Notes under the pieces: generated by a model
What the model was told of the DNA's origin: nothing
Seen by the model: only the letters and a program-made list of their open reading frames with translations
Databases searched by the model: none
Shown here: positions 38,611 through 47,890 of the stretch, piece after piece
Layout of the letters: every line of letters starts with the position of its first letter
Numbering within the stretch: position 1 is the stretch's first letter
NCBI GenBank assembly: GCA_963771465.1
Contig: CAVYTU010000017.1
Location: 224,001 to 288,000, forward strand
Origin: an uncultured delta proteobacterium
Lineage (GTDB): Bacteria; Desulfobacterota; Binatia; UBA9968
Length of the DNA: 64,000 nt
Direction: 5' to 3'
Program-made: the position numbers and the translations under genes

Positions 38611-39918
38611 ATGAAAATGGAAGCAGACGGCGCGGTCGCTTTTAACGTCAAACGGATCGGCCATTTCGATACTCCGGGCGGCGGACAGGTTTTGGTCAAA
38701 GGCAAAACCGCTTTCGTCGGTCACATCGATCCGCCGTACGGAACTTCCATCGTCGATGTCTCGGAGCCAGCGCGGCCGCGGTTGATGGCGAGCTTAGAAG
38801 TGCCGCCCGAGACCCATTCACACAAAGTCCGAGTGGTCGGCGACATCATGGTCATCAACAACGAAAACTACACGCGCCACCAGCAGATCGGCGGCACTCG
38901 GATTCCCGCCGAGCGCGTGCGCCTGGAGAAAGAACTCGGCCGGCCGCCGACGGATGCGGAACTCGCGGGCGCGCTCAACTATTCGGTCGCCGATTTGAAA
39001 TCTTTGATCGAGTCGGCGGCGCGCGGTTATCAGGGCGGCGGCATTCGCATTTTTAACGTGGCCAACCCCGCCCAACCGCGCGAGATTTCATTTTTCAAAA
39101 CCGGCGGCAACGGTGTGCACCGTTTCGATTTCGATGGCCGCTATGCGCATTTATCGACGCGCATGGACGGCTACGAGGGCTACATCGTCATGATCGTCGA
39201 TCTCAAAGATCCGGCGCGGCCGCAAGAAGTCTCGCGCTGGTGGCTGCCGGGGCAGTGGGTCGCCGGCGGCGAAAACCCTTACTGGGGCTACGAGCGTTAC
39301 GAATGCCATCATCCGATGCGCTTCGGCGATCGGCTCTACGTCAGTTACTGCATGGCGGGTTTGGTGATTCTCGATATCGGCGATATCGCCAACCCCAAAG
39401 TCATTGGGCGCTATAATTATCATCCGCCCTTCTTCAAGACCCACACCTTTGTTCCCGCGCCGTTCAAAATGGCCGGCAAGAACGTCGCCGTCGCAGTCGA
39501 CGAACAGCCGCCGCGGCCGCGTCCGGAACAGGTACCGGCGTTTATGTGGGTGTTCGATGTCAGCGCTGAGTCGGATATCAAACCGTTGTCGGCGTATTCC
39601 ATGTCGGAGTCGGACACGCCGTGGACCCGCGCCGAGCATGGCGGGCGTTTTGGTGCGCACCAATGCCACGAGCGCATGACCGACAGTTTGGTCCATGTGA
39701 CTTGGTTTCGCGGCGGCTTGCGCATCGTCGACATCGCCGATCCGTTGAAACCGAAAGAAGTAGGCCACTACATTCCGCCGCCGGGCAAAGGTCAGAAGAC
39801 GCCGCAGTCCAACGACGTATTCGTCGACGGCCAAGGATTGATTTACCTCATCGATCGGCTCAACGGTCTGGACATTCTCGAATACAGCGGGCCGGCGGGA
39901 CAAAAATCCGCGGCTTAA
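38611..39918 (+). CDS. LVIVD-repeat beta-propeller protein with sigma-70 region-3-like insert (paralog 2)
   Basis: Same length (435 aa) and motifs; RLEKELGRPPTDAELAGALN. Confidence 0.8.
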   Translation: MKMEADGAVAFNVKRIGHFDTPGGGQVLVKGKTAFVGHIDPPYGTSIVDVSEPARPRLMASLEVPPETHSHKVRVVGDIMVINNENYTRHQQIGGTRIPAERVRLEKELGRPPTDAELAGALNYSVADLKSLIESAARGYQGGGIRIFNVANPAQPREISFFKTGGNGVHRFDFDGRYAHLSTRMDGYEGYIVMIVDLKDPARPQEVSRWWLPGQWVAGGENPYWGYERYECHHPMRFGDRLYVSYCMAGLVILDIGDIANPKVIGRYNYHPPFFKTHTFVPAPFKMAGKNVAVAVDEQPPRPRPEQVPAFMWVFDVSAESDIKPLSAYSMSESDTPWTRAEHGGRFGAHQCHERMTDSLVHVTWFRGGLRIVDIADPLKPKEVGHYIPPPGKGQKTPQSNDVFVDGQGLIYLIDRLNGLDILEYSGPAGQKSAA

Positions 39919-40000
39919 TAGAGATGACTCGCGCAAAGCCTGTCCCGAGATTAGCGAAGGAGCGTCAACAACGCCAAGTTCGAAATAGAAGGAGGAACCC

Positions 40001-41059
40001 ATGGCTGCGAATCGAAATCTAGTGTGGCTCGGGTTGACAATCGTTACCGTGCTCGGCTTTAGCTCCAGTGCGTCAAGCCAGCGGCTGGGAAAAAATCTTG
40101 ACGAAATCATCCAGCTCGCCAATAAAGAAAAAAACGTCCGGGTGGCGACCTCGTGGGAGCCAGAAAATGAGACGGCGCTGCTCAAAGGATTCACGCAGAA
40201 ATATCCCGGTATCAAGATTTCCACCGATCGCATCAGCGGCATCGATACCCGCGAGCGGATTATGAACGAAGCGCTTGGCGGTATCGTCGATCATGATCTG
40301 GTCAATGTGTCGGGCGAACTGCGCAATCAATACATCAAGTCCGGTGTGCTCGCCGGGCCGATACCGTGGAAAACTCTATTTCCCAAAATCAACGAGCGTC
40401 ATTTCAGTCCCGATGGTTATTTCGCCGCCAGCGGCTTTAGCACTTACATCATCGCCTACAACCCGACGCTGGTGCCGAAGGACAAAGTGCCGAAAAGTTG
40501 GAACGACTGTCTCGATCCGTACTGGAAAGGAAAGTTAGTGGTGTTGACTCGGCCGCGCACATTTACCGGACTGGCGCCCGGATGGGGTGAGGAGAAAACT
40601 CTTGCCTTCGCGCGCGCGCTCAAGGACAACCAGCCGGTATGGAAGAGCAGTCAAACCGGCGCCCTGACGCAGGTTGCCGTTGGTGAGTATCCGATGATCT
40701 GCGGCATGGCCTACCATTCTTTAAAGAGCACGATGATGCGCGACCCTACTGCGAAGGCCGCTTACGCCGTGCCCTCCGATCTGCCGTTTCAGATTGGCGA
40801 AGCGATGGGCATCATGAAAGGCGCCAAGAATCCCAATGCGGCGCTCGCTTTGACCGGCTGGTTGGTGACGCCGGAAGGACAAAAAAATATGGATCTCGAA
40901 GGCCGCAGCTCACCCTTTGTGCCGGGCACCGAGGCGGCTGAATTGATCAAGAAGCATAAGGCGAAAATTGTTTTCGAAAGTTGGGACGCCCTACAACACG
41001 AAGCCGAAATGGCGCGCAAAATCACCGCCGCATGGGGTTTCCCGAAGGCGAAGAACTAG
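40001..41059 (+). CDS. ABC substrate-binding protein (Fe3+/thiamine-type fold)
   Basis: Signal peptide; AYNPTLVP...PKSWNDCLDPYWKGK; NPNAALA. Confidence 0.85.
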   Translation: MAANRNLVWLGLTIVTVLGFSSSASSQRLGKNLDEIIQLANKEKNVRVATSWEPENETALLKGFTQKYPGIKISTDRISGIDTRERIMNEALGGIVDHDLVNVSGELRNQYIKSGVLAGPIPWKTLFPKINERHFSPDGYFAASGFSTYIIAYNPTLVPKDKVPKSWNDCLDPYWKGKLVVLTRPRTFTGLAPGWGEEKTLAFARALKDNQPVWKSSQTGALTQVAVGEYPMICGMAYHSLKSTMMRDPTAKAAYAVPSDLPFQIGEAMGIMKGAKNPNAALALTGWLVTPEGQKNMDLEGRSSPFVPGTEAAELIKKHKAKIVFESWDALQHEAEMARKITAAWGFPKAKN

Positions 41060-41198
41060 CAGCGAAGATTGATTAACGGCAAATAGCGCAAAATGGGAAA
41101 TTCGCAATTGAATAAAATCCAAAGCTTCGCGCTCGTAGCCGGTGGTGAGCGTCGTCGATCCATGCCCTTCGTTTAATCCATTTCTTGACAAGGACTTT

Positions 41199-42953
41199 AT
41201 GAGAACCATTGCCATCCCGCGTCCTAGCGTGCAGATCTTCAGCCGTATCAAAGGCAACTTCATCCCTTATGCGTTGACCGGCTTTTTGCTTTTCTTGATC
41301 ATCATTCCATTGGCGCGTTTGCTGCTCAGTAGCTTTCAATTGGGACATCCGGCGATCCCCGAAGGCTGGACGCTGCAAAACTATCTGACTGCCTACCAGA
41401 TGCCACTGTTCTATCAAGCGCTCGGCACGACGATCGTGATCTCAGCCATCGGCACGTTGCTGACGGTGGGGATCTCAGTAGGGTTCGCTTGGCTGATCGA
41501 ACGCACCGATATGCCGCTGCGTAATCTAGCTTGGGCCTTGATCTTGATTCCAATGGCGATACCGGGCGTTTTGTTCGCTCTCGGTTGGGCGCTCTTGCTG
41601 TCGCCCAAGACCGGCGTGTTGAATATCTTGCTGCGCAGCGGCCTCGATATTTTTGGGATTCAAGTCGACGCTGGGCCGCTGAATATTTATTCCGTCGGCG
41701 GGCTGATTTTTCTTGATGGCCTGCGGGGCGTGACCACCGTGTTTCTCATGGTCGTCGGCGCCTTTCGCATGATGGACCCAACCATGGAAGAAGCGGCGCG
41801 GGTGGCCAAAGCCAACGGCCGACGCGCGTTTTTCCAGGTGACCTTGCCGGCCTTGATGCCGGCGATTCTCGGCGCGGCGATCTATTCCTTTATCTCCAGC
41901 ATGGAGTCCTTCGAAGGCCCGCTCGCCATCGGACTGCCCGGCGGTATTTTCGTGCTGAGCACATTGATTTATTTCACCACGCGATTGCAGGCGCCGCTGG
42001 ATTACGGTTTGGGCGCGGTGTTCGGTGTCATATACATGGTGATGATGCTGGTCTTGCTCGCCGGCTATCGGCGCATCGTGCGCCACTCCGAGCGCTATTC
42101 GACGATAACCGGCAAAGGCTTTCGCCCGCGCGTGGTCTCCATCGGCAAATGGCGCTATCCGGCGCTCGGTATGTTCGTGTTGTACTTTCTAGTCACGGTG
42201 GGCGCGCCGTTCCTGGTTCTCCTGTGGGCATCCTTATTGCCCAGTTACCGCGTGCCGTCGGAGGAAGCGCTCAGTTTAGTCACGCTCAACAACTACGCGC
42301 AAATTTTTGCCATGCCGCGGATCGCCTCGACAGTTTGGAATACGCTGGTGCTGATGGTGCTTTCGGCCACCGCCACCATGTTGCTGGCGTTTTTCGTCTC
42401 ATGGATAATCGTGCGCACGGAGCTGCGCGGCCGTGGGACGCTCGATGCGGTGACGTTTTTTCCCCACGCCGTGCCCGGCATCGTCATCGCGCTCGCCTTG
42501 ATGATGGCTTACCTGAGCCCGCCGCTAAAATATTTAAGCATCTACGGCACGGTCTGGATTCTCGCCATGGGCTTTATCGTGAGTTACATCGCGTTCGCCA
42601 CGCGTTTGATGAACAGTTCGATCATTCAAGTGCAGAAGGAATTGGAACAGGCGGCCTATGTTTGCGGCGCGACGCCGACGCGGACGTTGATGGCAATTAC
42701 TTTGCCGCTGATCTTTCCCGCTTTTGCCGCGGGTTGGATTTGGGTTGCCGTGCATGTGCTGCGCGGTTTTTCCATTCCACTCATGTTATCGAGCAAGAAC
42801 AATCAGGTGTTTGCCGTTGCCCTGTGGGAGTTTTGGGATCGCGGCATGGTCTCCATGGCGTCCGCGCTGGGCGTCTTGCTTATTATTGTCTTAATTCCGA
42901 TGACGCTCATCATGCGCCGCTTCATCATGAGCGTAAGCGCCCAGGAAAGGTAG
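41199..42953 (+). CDS. ABC permease, FbpB-type
   Basis: MEEAARVA and LEQAAYVCGA EAA motifs; start MRTIAIP. Confidence 0.9.
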   Translation: MRTIAIPRPSVQIFSRIKGNFIPYALTGFLLFLIIIPLARLLLSSFQLGHPAIPEGWTLQNYLTAYQMPLFYQALGTTIVISAIGTLLTVGISVGFAWLIERTDMPLRNLAWALILIPMAIPGVLFALGWALLLSPKTGVLNILLRSGLDIFGIQVDAGPLNIYSVGGLIFLDGLRGVTTVFLMVVGAFRMMDPTMEEAARVAKANGRRAFFQVTLPALMPAILGAAIYSFISSMESFEGPLAIGLPGGIFVLSTLIYFTTRLQAPLDYGLGAVFGVIYMVMMLVLLAGYRRIVRHSERYSTITGKGFRPRVVSIGKWRYPALGMFVLYFLVTVGAPFLVLLWASLLPSYRVPSEEALSLVTLNNYAQIFAMPRIASTVWNTLVLMVLSATATMLLAFFVSWIIVRTELRGRGTLDAVTFFPHAVPGIVIALALMMAYLSPPLKYLSIYGTVWILAMGFIVSYIAFATRLMNSSIIQVQKELEQAAYVCGATPTRTLMAITLPLIFPAFAAGWIWVAVHVLRGFSIPLMLSSKNNQVFAVALWEFWDRGMVSMASALGVLLIIVLIPMTLIMRRFIMSVSAQER

Positions 42954-42963
42954 CCCCCAGCCA

Positions 42964-44055
42964 ATGAAAGTTACTGTTACCGGTTTGGCCAAAACTTTTC
43001 GTACGATGGACGGCAAAGTCGACGCGATCCATGATCTGAATTTTGAAGTTCAGCCGGGCCAATTCTACACCCTGCTCGGGCCGAGCGGCTGCGGCAAGAG
43101 CACGACGCTGCGTTGCCTGGCCGGCCTGGAGCGGCCCGATGCAGGTGAGATTAGGATCGGCGATCAAATCGTTTCGTCCGCCAATGTGTTTCTGCCGCCC
43201 AACGAGCGGCCCATCGGCATGGTATTTCAATCCTATGCTATCTGGCCGCATATGACGGTCTTCAACAACGTCGCTTTTCCGCTGAAGCAGCAAAAGGTGC
43301 CCAAGGCCGAACGCGAGCGCTTGGTCATGGAAGCGTTGTCGTTGGTGCAGATGGCCGAGCTCGCGCCGCGGCCGGCGCCCAATTTGAGCGGTGGCCAGCA
43401 ACAGCGCGTCGCGTTGGCGCGCGCACTCGTTTCCAAACCGCAGGTGCTGTTGTTGGACGAGCCGCTGAGTAATCTCGATGCCAAGCTGCGCGAGGAGTTA
43501 CGCTTCGAAATCAAAGAATTGTTGCGCCGATTGGGCATCACGGCGCTCTATGTCACGCACGATCAGGCTGAAGCGTTGACCATGTCGGACCGCGTCGCCG
43601 TGATGTTCGGTGGGCAAATTCTCCAAGAGGCGAGCCCGCGGGAACTCTATCTCAAACCCAGCGCCAAGTTCGTCGCCCAATTCATCGGCCAGGTAAATTT
43701 TTTCGCCGGGAAAATTGCGCCGGGCTCAGCCAACGGCATGGGCGTGGTGCAAACCGCTCAGGGCGATTTTCATTGCGCGTTGTCGCCGACTTTGCAGAGT
43801 GGCAGTAGCGCATTGGTGGCCGTGCGGCCGGAAAGCATCATGGTGTCAGCCGAACAGCCGGCGAATGGCTTCAATGTGCTGCGCGGACAAGTCGAGAAGA
43901 GCGTATTTCTCGGCGACTTTATCGACTGCCAGATTCGCGTCGGCGAACAACTCGTTCACGTCAAGCTGGCGCCGACCAGCGATCTGAGCGACGCCGACAA
44001 AGTGTTTTTGCAATTCGCCGCGCACGCGTGCATCGTTCTGCCCACCGCGGATTAG
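42964..44055 (+). CDS. ABC ATP-binding protein
   Basis: GPSGCGKS, LSGGQQQR, DEPLSNLD. Confidence 0.93.
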   Translation: MKVTVTGLAKTFRTMDGKVDAIHDLNFEVQPGQFYTLLGPSGCGKSTTLRCLAGLERPDAGEIRIGDQIVSSANVFLPPNERPIGMVFQSYAIWPHMTVFNNVAFPLKQQKVPKAERERLVMEALSLVQMAELAPRPAPNLSGGQQQRVALARALVSKPQVLLLDEPLSNLDAKLREELRFEIKELLRRLGITALYVTHDQAEALTMSDRVAVMFGGQILQEASPRELYLKPSAKFVAQFIGQVNFFAGKIAPGSANGMGVVQTAQGDFHCALSPTLQSGSSALVAVRPESIMVSAEQPANGFNVLRGQVEKSVFLGDFIDCQIRVGEQLVHVKLAPTSDLSDADKVFLQFAAHACIVLPTAD

Positions 44056-44092
44056 ACTTTGAAATGAATCGGCATCGGCTATTGGCGCAAAT

Positions 44093-44141
44093 CCCCCTCC
44101 TCTTTCCTCCCCCGCATTGCGGGGGAGGATGAAGATGGGGG
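44093..44141. repeat. REP-like hairpin element
   Basis: cccctcctctttcctcccccgcattgcgggggaggatgaagatggggg; inverted copy at ~20055-20104. Confidence 0.65.
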
Positions 44142-44171
44142 TACGCGTTCAATCGTAATGGAGAAAGGTTC

Positions 44172-45875
44172 ATGGCTACTCGCAAGAGTAAACCGCTGAC
44201 TCGGCGCGAGTTTATTGCGAATGCTACATTGGCGGCCGTCGGTCTCAGCATTTCTTCGCGCGCCAAGCCATTGTTCGCCGCGCAAACCGGGCAGAAGCGG
44301 TTAATGATGATGGGCGGCCGGCGCACGGCCGGCTTTGCCAATCATGGGCGATCGGACACCGAGCTTACCGGTTTAGTCGATGCCGGACTGGCGGGACAGA
44401 ATCCGATTACCCTGGAGCGCTTTCCGTTGCTCGCAGAGGAGCTGCCTTCGGTCAACAAGGGAACGTGGAAGATCGACCGGCAAAAGAAAACCATGGTTAC
44501 GGTTTACCGTCTGCGTCCCGGTCTCAAGTGGTCCGACGGCAAGCCGCATACGGCGCAGGATTTCAAGTTCGGTTGGGAGGTGCACCGTCATCCGGAGTTC
44601 CCGCTGCGCGATCGCTTGGTGCCGGATATGATCGAAAAGATCGAAACCCCCGACGACCGCACCATCGCGATTCACTGGAAGGCGCTCTACACCGAGGCCC
44701 ACGCGATTCAAAAGCAGCAACTGCGCGCCTGGCCGCGCCATATTCTCCAAGATGCGTTTCAGGCGGGAGATATCAAAGGCTTGGTGCGCGACGCCTACTG
44801 GAATCAAAAATTTGTCGGCACCGGGCCGTACCGCTTGCTCGACTGGGGCGGCGGCGCGCAGATCGAAGCCGAGGCCAATCCGTATTACGCGCTGGGTAAA
44901 CCGAAAATCGATCGGGTAACATTCAAAGTCGTCGAAGACAGCAATACCGCGCTTTCCGCCATGCTCGCCGGGGAGGTGGATTTTGCCCTGCGCGATACAC
45001 TGTCATTCGACGGCGCGCTGGTCTTGAAAGAACAGTGGGAGGCCAAAGGACTCGGCACGATCAGCATCCGGCCAATCACATTTCGCTGGCTCAATCTGAG
45101 CGGCACCAATCCGCTCTTCAAAGACGTACGCGTCAAGCGCGCCCTGCTCCACGCCATTGACCGCAACACCATGGTGAACAATATTTTCCGCGGCGTGGCG
45201 CCAATCATTCACTTTCCACTGTCGCCGTTTCGCAAGGCCTATAAGCGCGCCGATCAGGCGGCGCTGAAATACGAGTACAACGTCGACAAGGCAAAGCAGC
45301 TTTTGGGCGAAGCCGGCTTCACCACCGGTTCCGACGGAGTGTTGGCGAACGCCAAGGGCGAACGTATGGAGTTCGAGTTCCGTACCGAAGCGGGCAGCCG
45401 GGAAGACGAACAAGCGCAGGCGATCATCGTCGATTACTGGAAAAAAATCGGCGTGCGGGCGCAGATCAAAAACCTGGCGCCGCGGGTATTCAATTCCGAG
45501 GAGTTTCGTAACCGCTGGCCCGGCGCGGCCCTGGGCGGGCAAAATCTCGTCGTCGAAGAGTGGGCCGAGCGTTTTCACAGCGCCGGTACGCCCACCGCGG
45601 AAAATCGCTGGGCATCGGAGTCGGTCTCGCTCTGGCAGAATCCTCAAGCGGACAAGATCATGGACGAGCTGAATACGATCATTCCCGAAGCGCGGGCCAC
45701 CGACCTGCAAGTGGAGTTTGTGAAATTATTCACCCGCGACTTGCCATACTTGCCGCTCTACTACCGGCTTGAATGGCTGGCCATCCGAAAAGGGCTGAGC
45801 GGCATCACGCCGCGCATCGAAAGCGGCGGGCAAAATATGAACACCTGGAATATGCATCTGTGGGACAAAACTTAG
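44172..45875 (+). CDS. Family-5 ABC substrate-binding protein, Tat signal
   Basis: TRREFI, LRPGLKWSDGKP, VGTGPYRL; paralog of 35255. Confidence 0.9.
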   Translation: MATRKSKPLTRREFIANATLAAVGLSISSRAKPLFAAQTGQKRLMMMGGRRTAGFANHGRSDTELTGLVDAGLAGQNPITLERFPLLAEELPSVNKGTWKIDRQKKTMVTVYRLRPGLKWSDGKPHTAQDFKFGWEVHRHPEFPLRDRLVPDMIEKIETPDDRTIAIHWKALYTEAHAIQKQQLRAWPRHILQDAFQAGDIKGLVRDAYWNQKFVGTGPYRLLDWGGGAQIEAEANPYYALGKPKIDRVTFKVVEDSNTALSAMLAGEVDFALRDTLSFDGALVLKEQWEAKGLGTISIRPITFRWLNLSGTNPLFKDVRVKRALLHAIDRNTMVNNIFRGVAPIIHFPLSPFRKAYKRADQAALKYEYNVDKAKQLLGEAGFTTGSDGVLANAKGERMEFEFRTEAGSREDEQAQAIIVDYWKKIGVRAQIKNLAPRVFNSEEFRNRWPGAALGGQNLVVEEWAERFHSAGTPTAENRWASESVSLWQNPQADKIMDELNTIIPEARATDLQVEFVKLFTRDLPYLPLYYRLEWLAIRKGLSGITPRIESGGQNMNTWNMHLWDKT

Positions 45876-45899
45876 GTTCCGAGTTTACCGAAACATTTC

Positions 45900-46871
45900 A
45901 TGCTCCACTATCTGCTCCGCCGGACCTATCAGCTCGTGCCGCTGCTGCTGGTCATTTCGGCGTTCATCTATTTGCTGCTTTATCTCATGCCGGGCGATCC
46001 GCTCTATCGGATGCTCGAAGACGTCCCTAACCTGCGGCCGCAAGACTATGAGCGGTTGCGCAAGATCTACGGCCTGGACGATCCGGTTTACATTCAATAC
46101 TGGAAATGGCTCTGGCAATTGATCCTGCTCAACCCCGGCTACTCGCGCGAGTATGGCCAGCCGGTGATCGAGATCATCCTGCCGGCGCTGAAAAATACCT
46201 TGGTGTTGACCATTAGCGCCGTGGTGATCGGCAAAGTTCTGGCGATTCTGTTGGGAATTTTTTCCGCCGTACGGCAATATTCCATCGGCGACTACATTCT
46301 CACGGCGGTGACTTTTATCTCTTACTCCGTGCCGGCGTTTTGGCTCGGCCTCATGTTGATCATTTTATTTTCCGTTAAGCTCGGTTGGCTGCCGACTTCC
46401 GGCATCGCCGATAGCAATCTGGTGGCCGGTAGCTGGGAAGCGTGGTGGGACTACCTCAAGCATATGATTTTGCCGGTGGCGGTGTTGGCCATTTCGGAAA
46501 TCATCCAGGTGCAGCGTTTCATGCGCTCCAGTTTGTTGGAAGTGCTGCGCCAGGATTACTTAACCACCGCGCGCGCCAAAGGTTTGAGCGAACCGGTCGT
46601 CATCGGCCGTCACGCGCTCAAGAATGCGCTGATTCCGGTGGTGACGATCATCGCCGTGACCATGCCCCGCGTGGTTGGCGGCTCGACGGTGGTCGAAACC
46701 GTGTTCGCCTATCCCGGCATGGGCCGGCTGCTGTTTACGTCGATCATGGCCAATGACTACGTCGTGGCGATGACCGTGGTCATGATCATCGCGGTGACCG
46801 TGGTGTTTTTTAATTTGCTGGCGGACGTGATTTACGGCTGGCTCGATCCGCGCATTCGCTATCAGAGTTGA
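45900..46871 (+). CDS. Peptide/nickel ABC permease (OppB/DppB-like)
   Basis: MPGDP, QDYLTTARAKGL, HALKNALIP, LDPRIR. Confidence 0.92.
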   Translation: MLHYLLRRTYQLVPLLLVISAFIYLLLYLMPGDPLYRMLEDVPNLRPQDYERLRKIYGLDDPVYIQYWKWLWQLILLNPGYSREYGQPVIEIILPALKNTLVLTISAVVIGKVLAILLGIFSAVRQYSIGDYILTAVTFISYSVPAFWLGLMLIILFSVKLGWLPTSGIADSNLVAGSWEAWWDYLKHMILPVAVLAISEIIQVQRFMRSSLLEVLRQDYLTTARAKGLSEPVVIGRHALKNALIPVVTIIAVTMPRVVGGSTVVETVFAYPGMGRLLFTSIMANDYVVAMTVVMIIAVTVVFFNLLADVIYGWLDPRIRYQS

Positions 46872-46874
46872 AAA

Positions 46875-47789
46875 ATGGCTGATCACGTTACTAGCATCAC
46901 CGATAGCCAAGCGCTGCTCGCCCACGCTGCCGAACCACATCCGAGCTATTGGCGCGTGGTCTGGCGCCGCTTCAAGCAGCACCGCGTCGCCTACGTCGGT
47001 TTCTTTTTTTTCATGTTTCTGCTTTTTCTCGTCGTCGCCGGTCCGTACATGGTGCCCTACGAGCTTGATCAAGTATCGCTGGCGGAACGCATGCACATGC
47101 CGTCGGCGCGACACTGGTTCGGCACCGATGAGTTGGGGCGCGATACCTGGGTGCGCATCATGCACGGTGGGCGCGTCTCGCTCACCGTCGGCTTGATCGT
47201 TGGTTTCAGCACCGTCATTCTCGGCGGCCTGATCGGCATACTTGCCGGTTACGTCGGCGGCTTCGTGGACAATGCCTTGATGCGCTTGGTTGACACCATC
47301 TACACGATCCCGCGCATCGTCTTACTATTGGTTCTATCGAAACTCGCCGGGCCGGGGTTGCTCAACATCATCATCATCCTCGTCGCGTTGGAGTGGACCA
47401 ACGCGGCGCGCTTGGCGCGCAGCGCCGTGTTGTCGTTTCGCGAGCAAGAGTTCGTCCTCGCCGCTCAATGTCTCGGGGCGTCGCGCTGGCGCGTCATGCT
47501 GCGCCATCTGCTGCCGAATTCTCTCGCGCCGCTGATCGTCGCCGCGACGCTGGATGCCGGCGCCGCCATTCGCGCCGAAACCACGCTGAGCTTTCTCGGT
47601 CTGGGCATTCAACCCCCGACGCCGAGCTGGGGCAATTTGCTGACCAATGCCGCGACGAATATTTTCATCGCACCGCTGCAAGTATTCCTGCCGGGATTGT
47701 TTATTTTCTTCGCGTTGATGAGCTTCAACCTGCTCGGCGACGCGCTGCGCGATGCGCTCGATCCGCGCTTGTCGAAAACAAGGGGATAA
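46875..47789 (+). CDS. Peptide/nickel ABC permease (OppC/DppC-like)
   Basis: HWFGTDELGRD, HLLPN, LSFLGLG..PPTPSWG, GDALRDALDPR. Confidence 0.92.
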   Translation: MADHVTSITDSQALLAHAAEPHPSYWRVVWRRFKQHRVAYVGFFFFMFLLFLVVAGPYMVPYELDQVSLAERMHMPSARHWFGTDELGRDTWVRIMHGGRVSLTVGLIVGFSTVILGGLIGILAGYVGGFVDNALMRLVDTIYTIPRIVLLLVLSKLAGPGLLNIIIILVALEWTNAARLARSAVLSFREQEFVLAAQCLGASRWRVMLRHLLPNSLAPLIVAATLDAGAAIRAETTLSFLGLGIQPPTPSWGNLLTNAATNIFIAPLQVFLPGLFIFFALMSFNLLGDALRDALDPRLSKTRG

Positions 47790-47799
47790 AGAACGGGTC

Positions 47800-47883
47800 G
47801 AGGGTGGAGGATTGAAGATCGAGGATGGAAAAATCGAAGATCGCCAGACAACGATTGCGATCATCCATCTTCTATCCTCCATC
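47800..47883. repeat. Inverted tandem heptamer repeat (GARGATN-like) between convergent genes
   Basis: gagggtggaggattgaagatcgaggatgg ... catccatcttctatcctccatc. Confidence 0.6.
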
Positions 47884-47890
47884 ATTGACC

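Noticed and set aside
37022-39918. Calling the LVIVD proteins sigma factors
   Set aside because: Only a region-3-like segment is present; regions 2 and 4 are missing.
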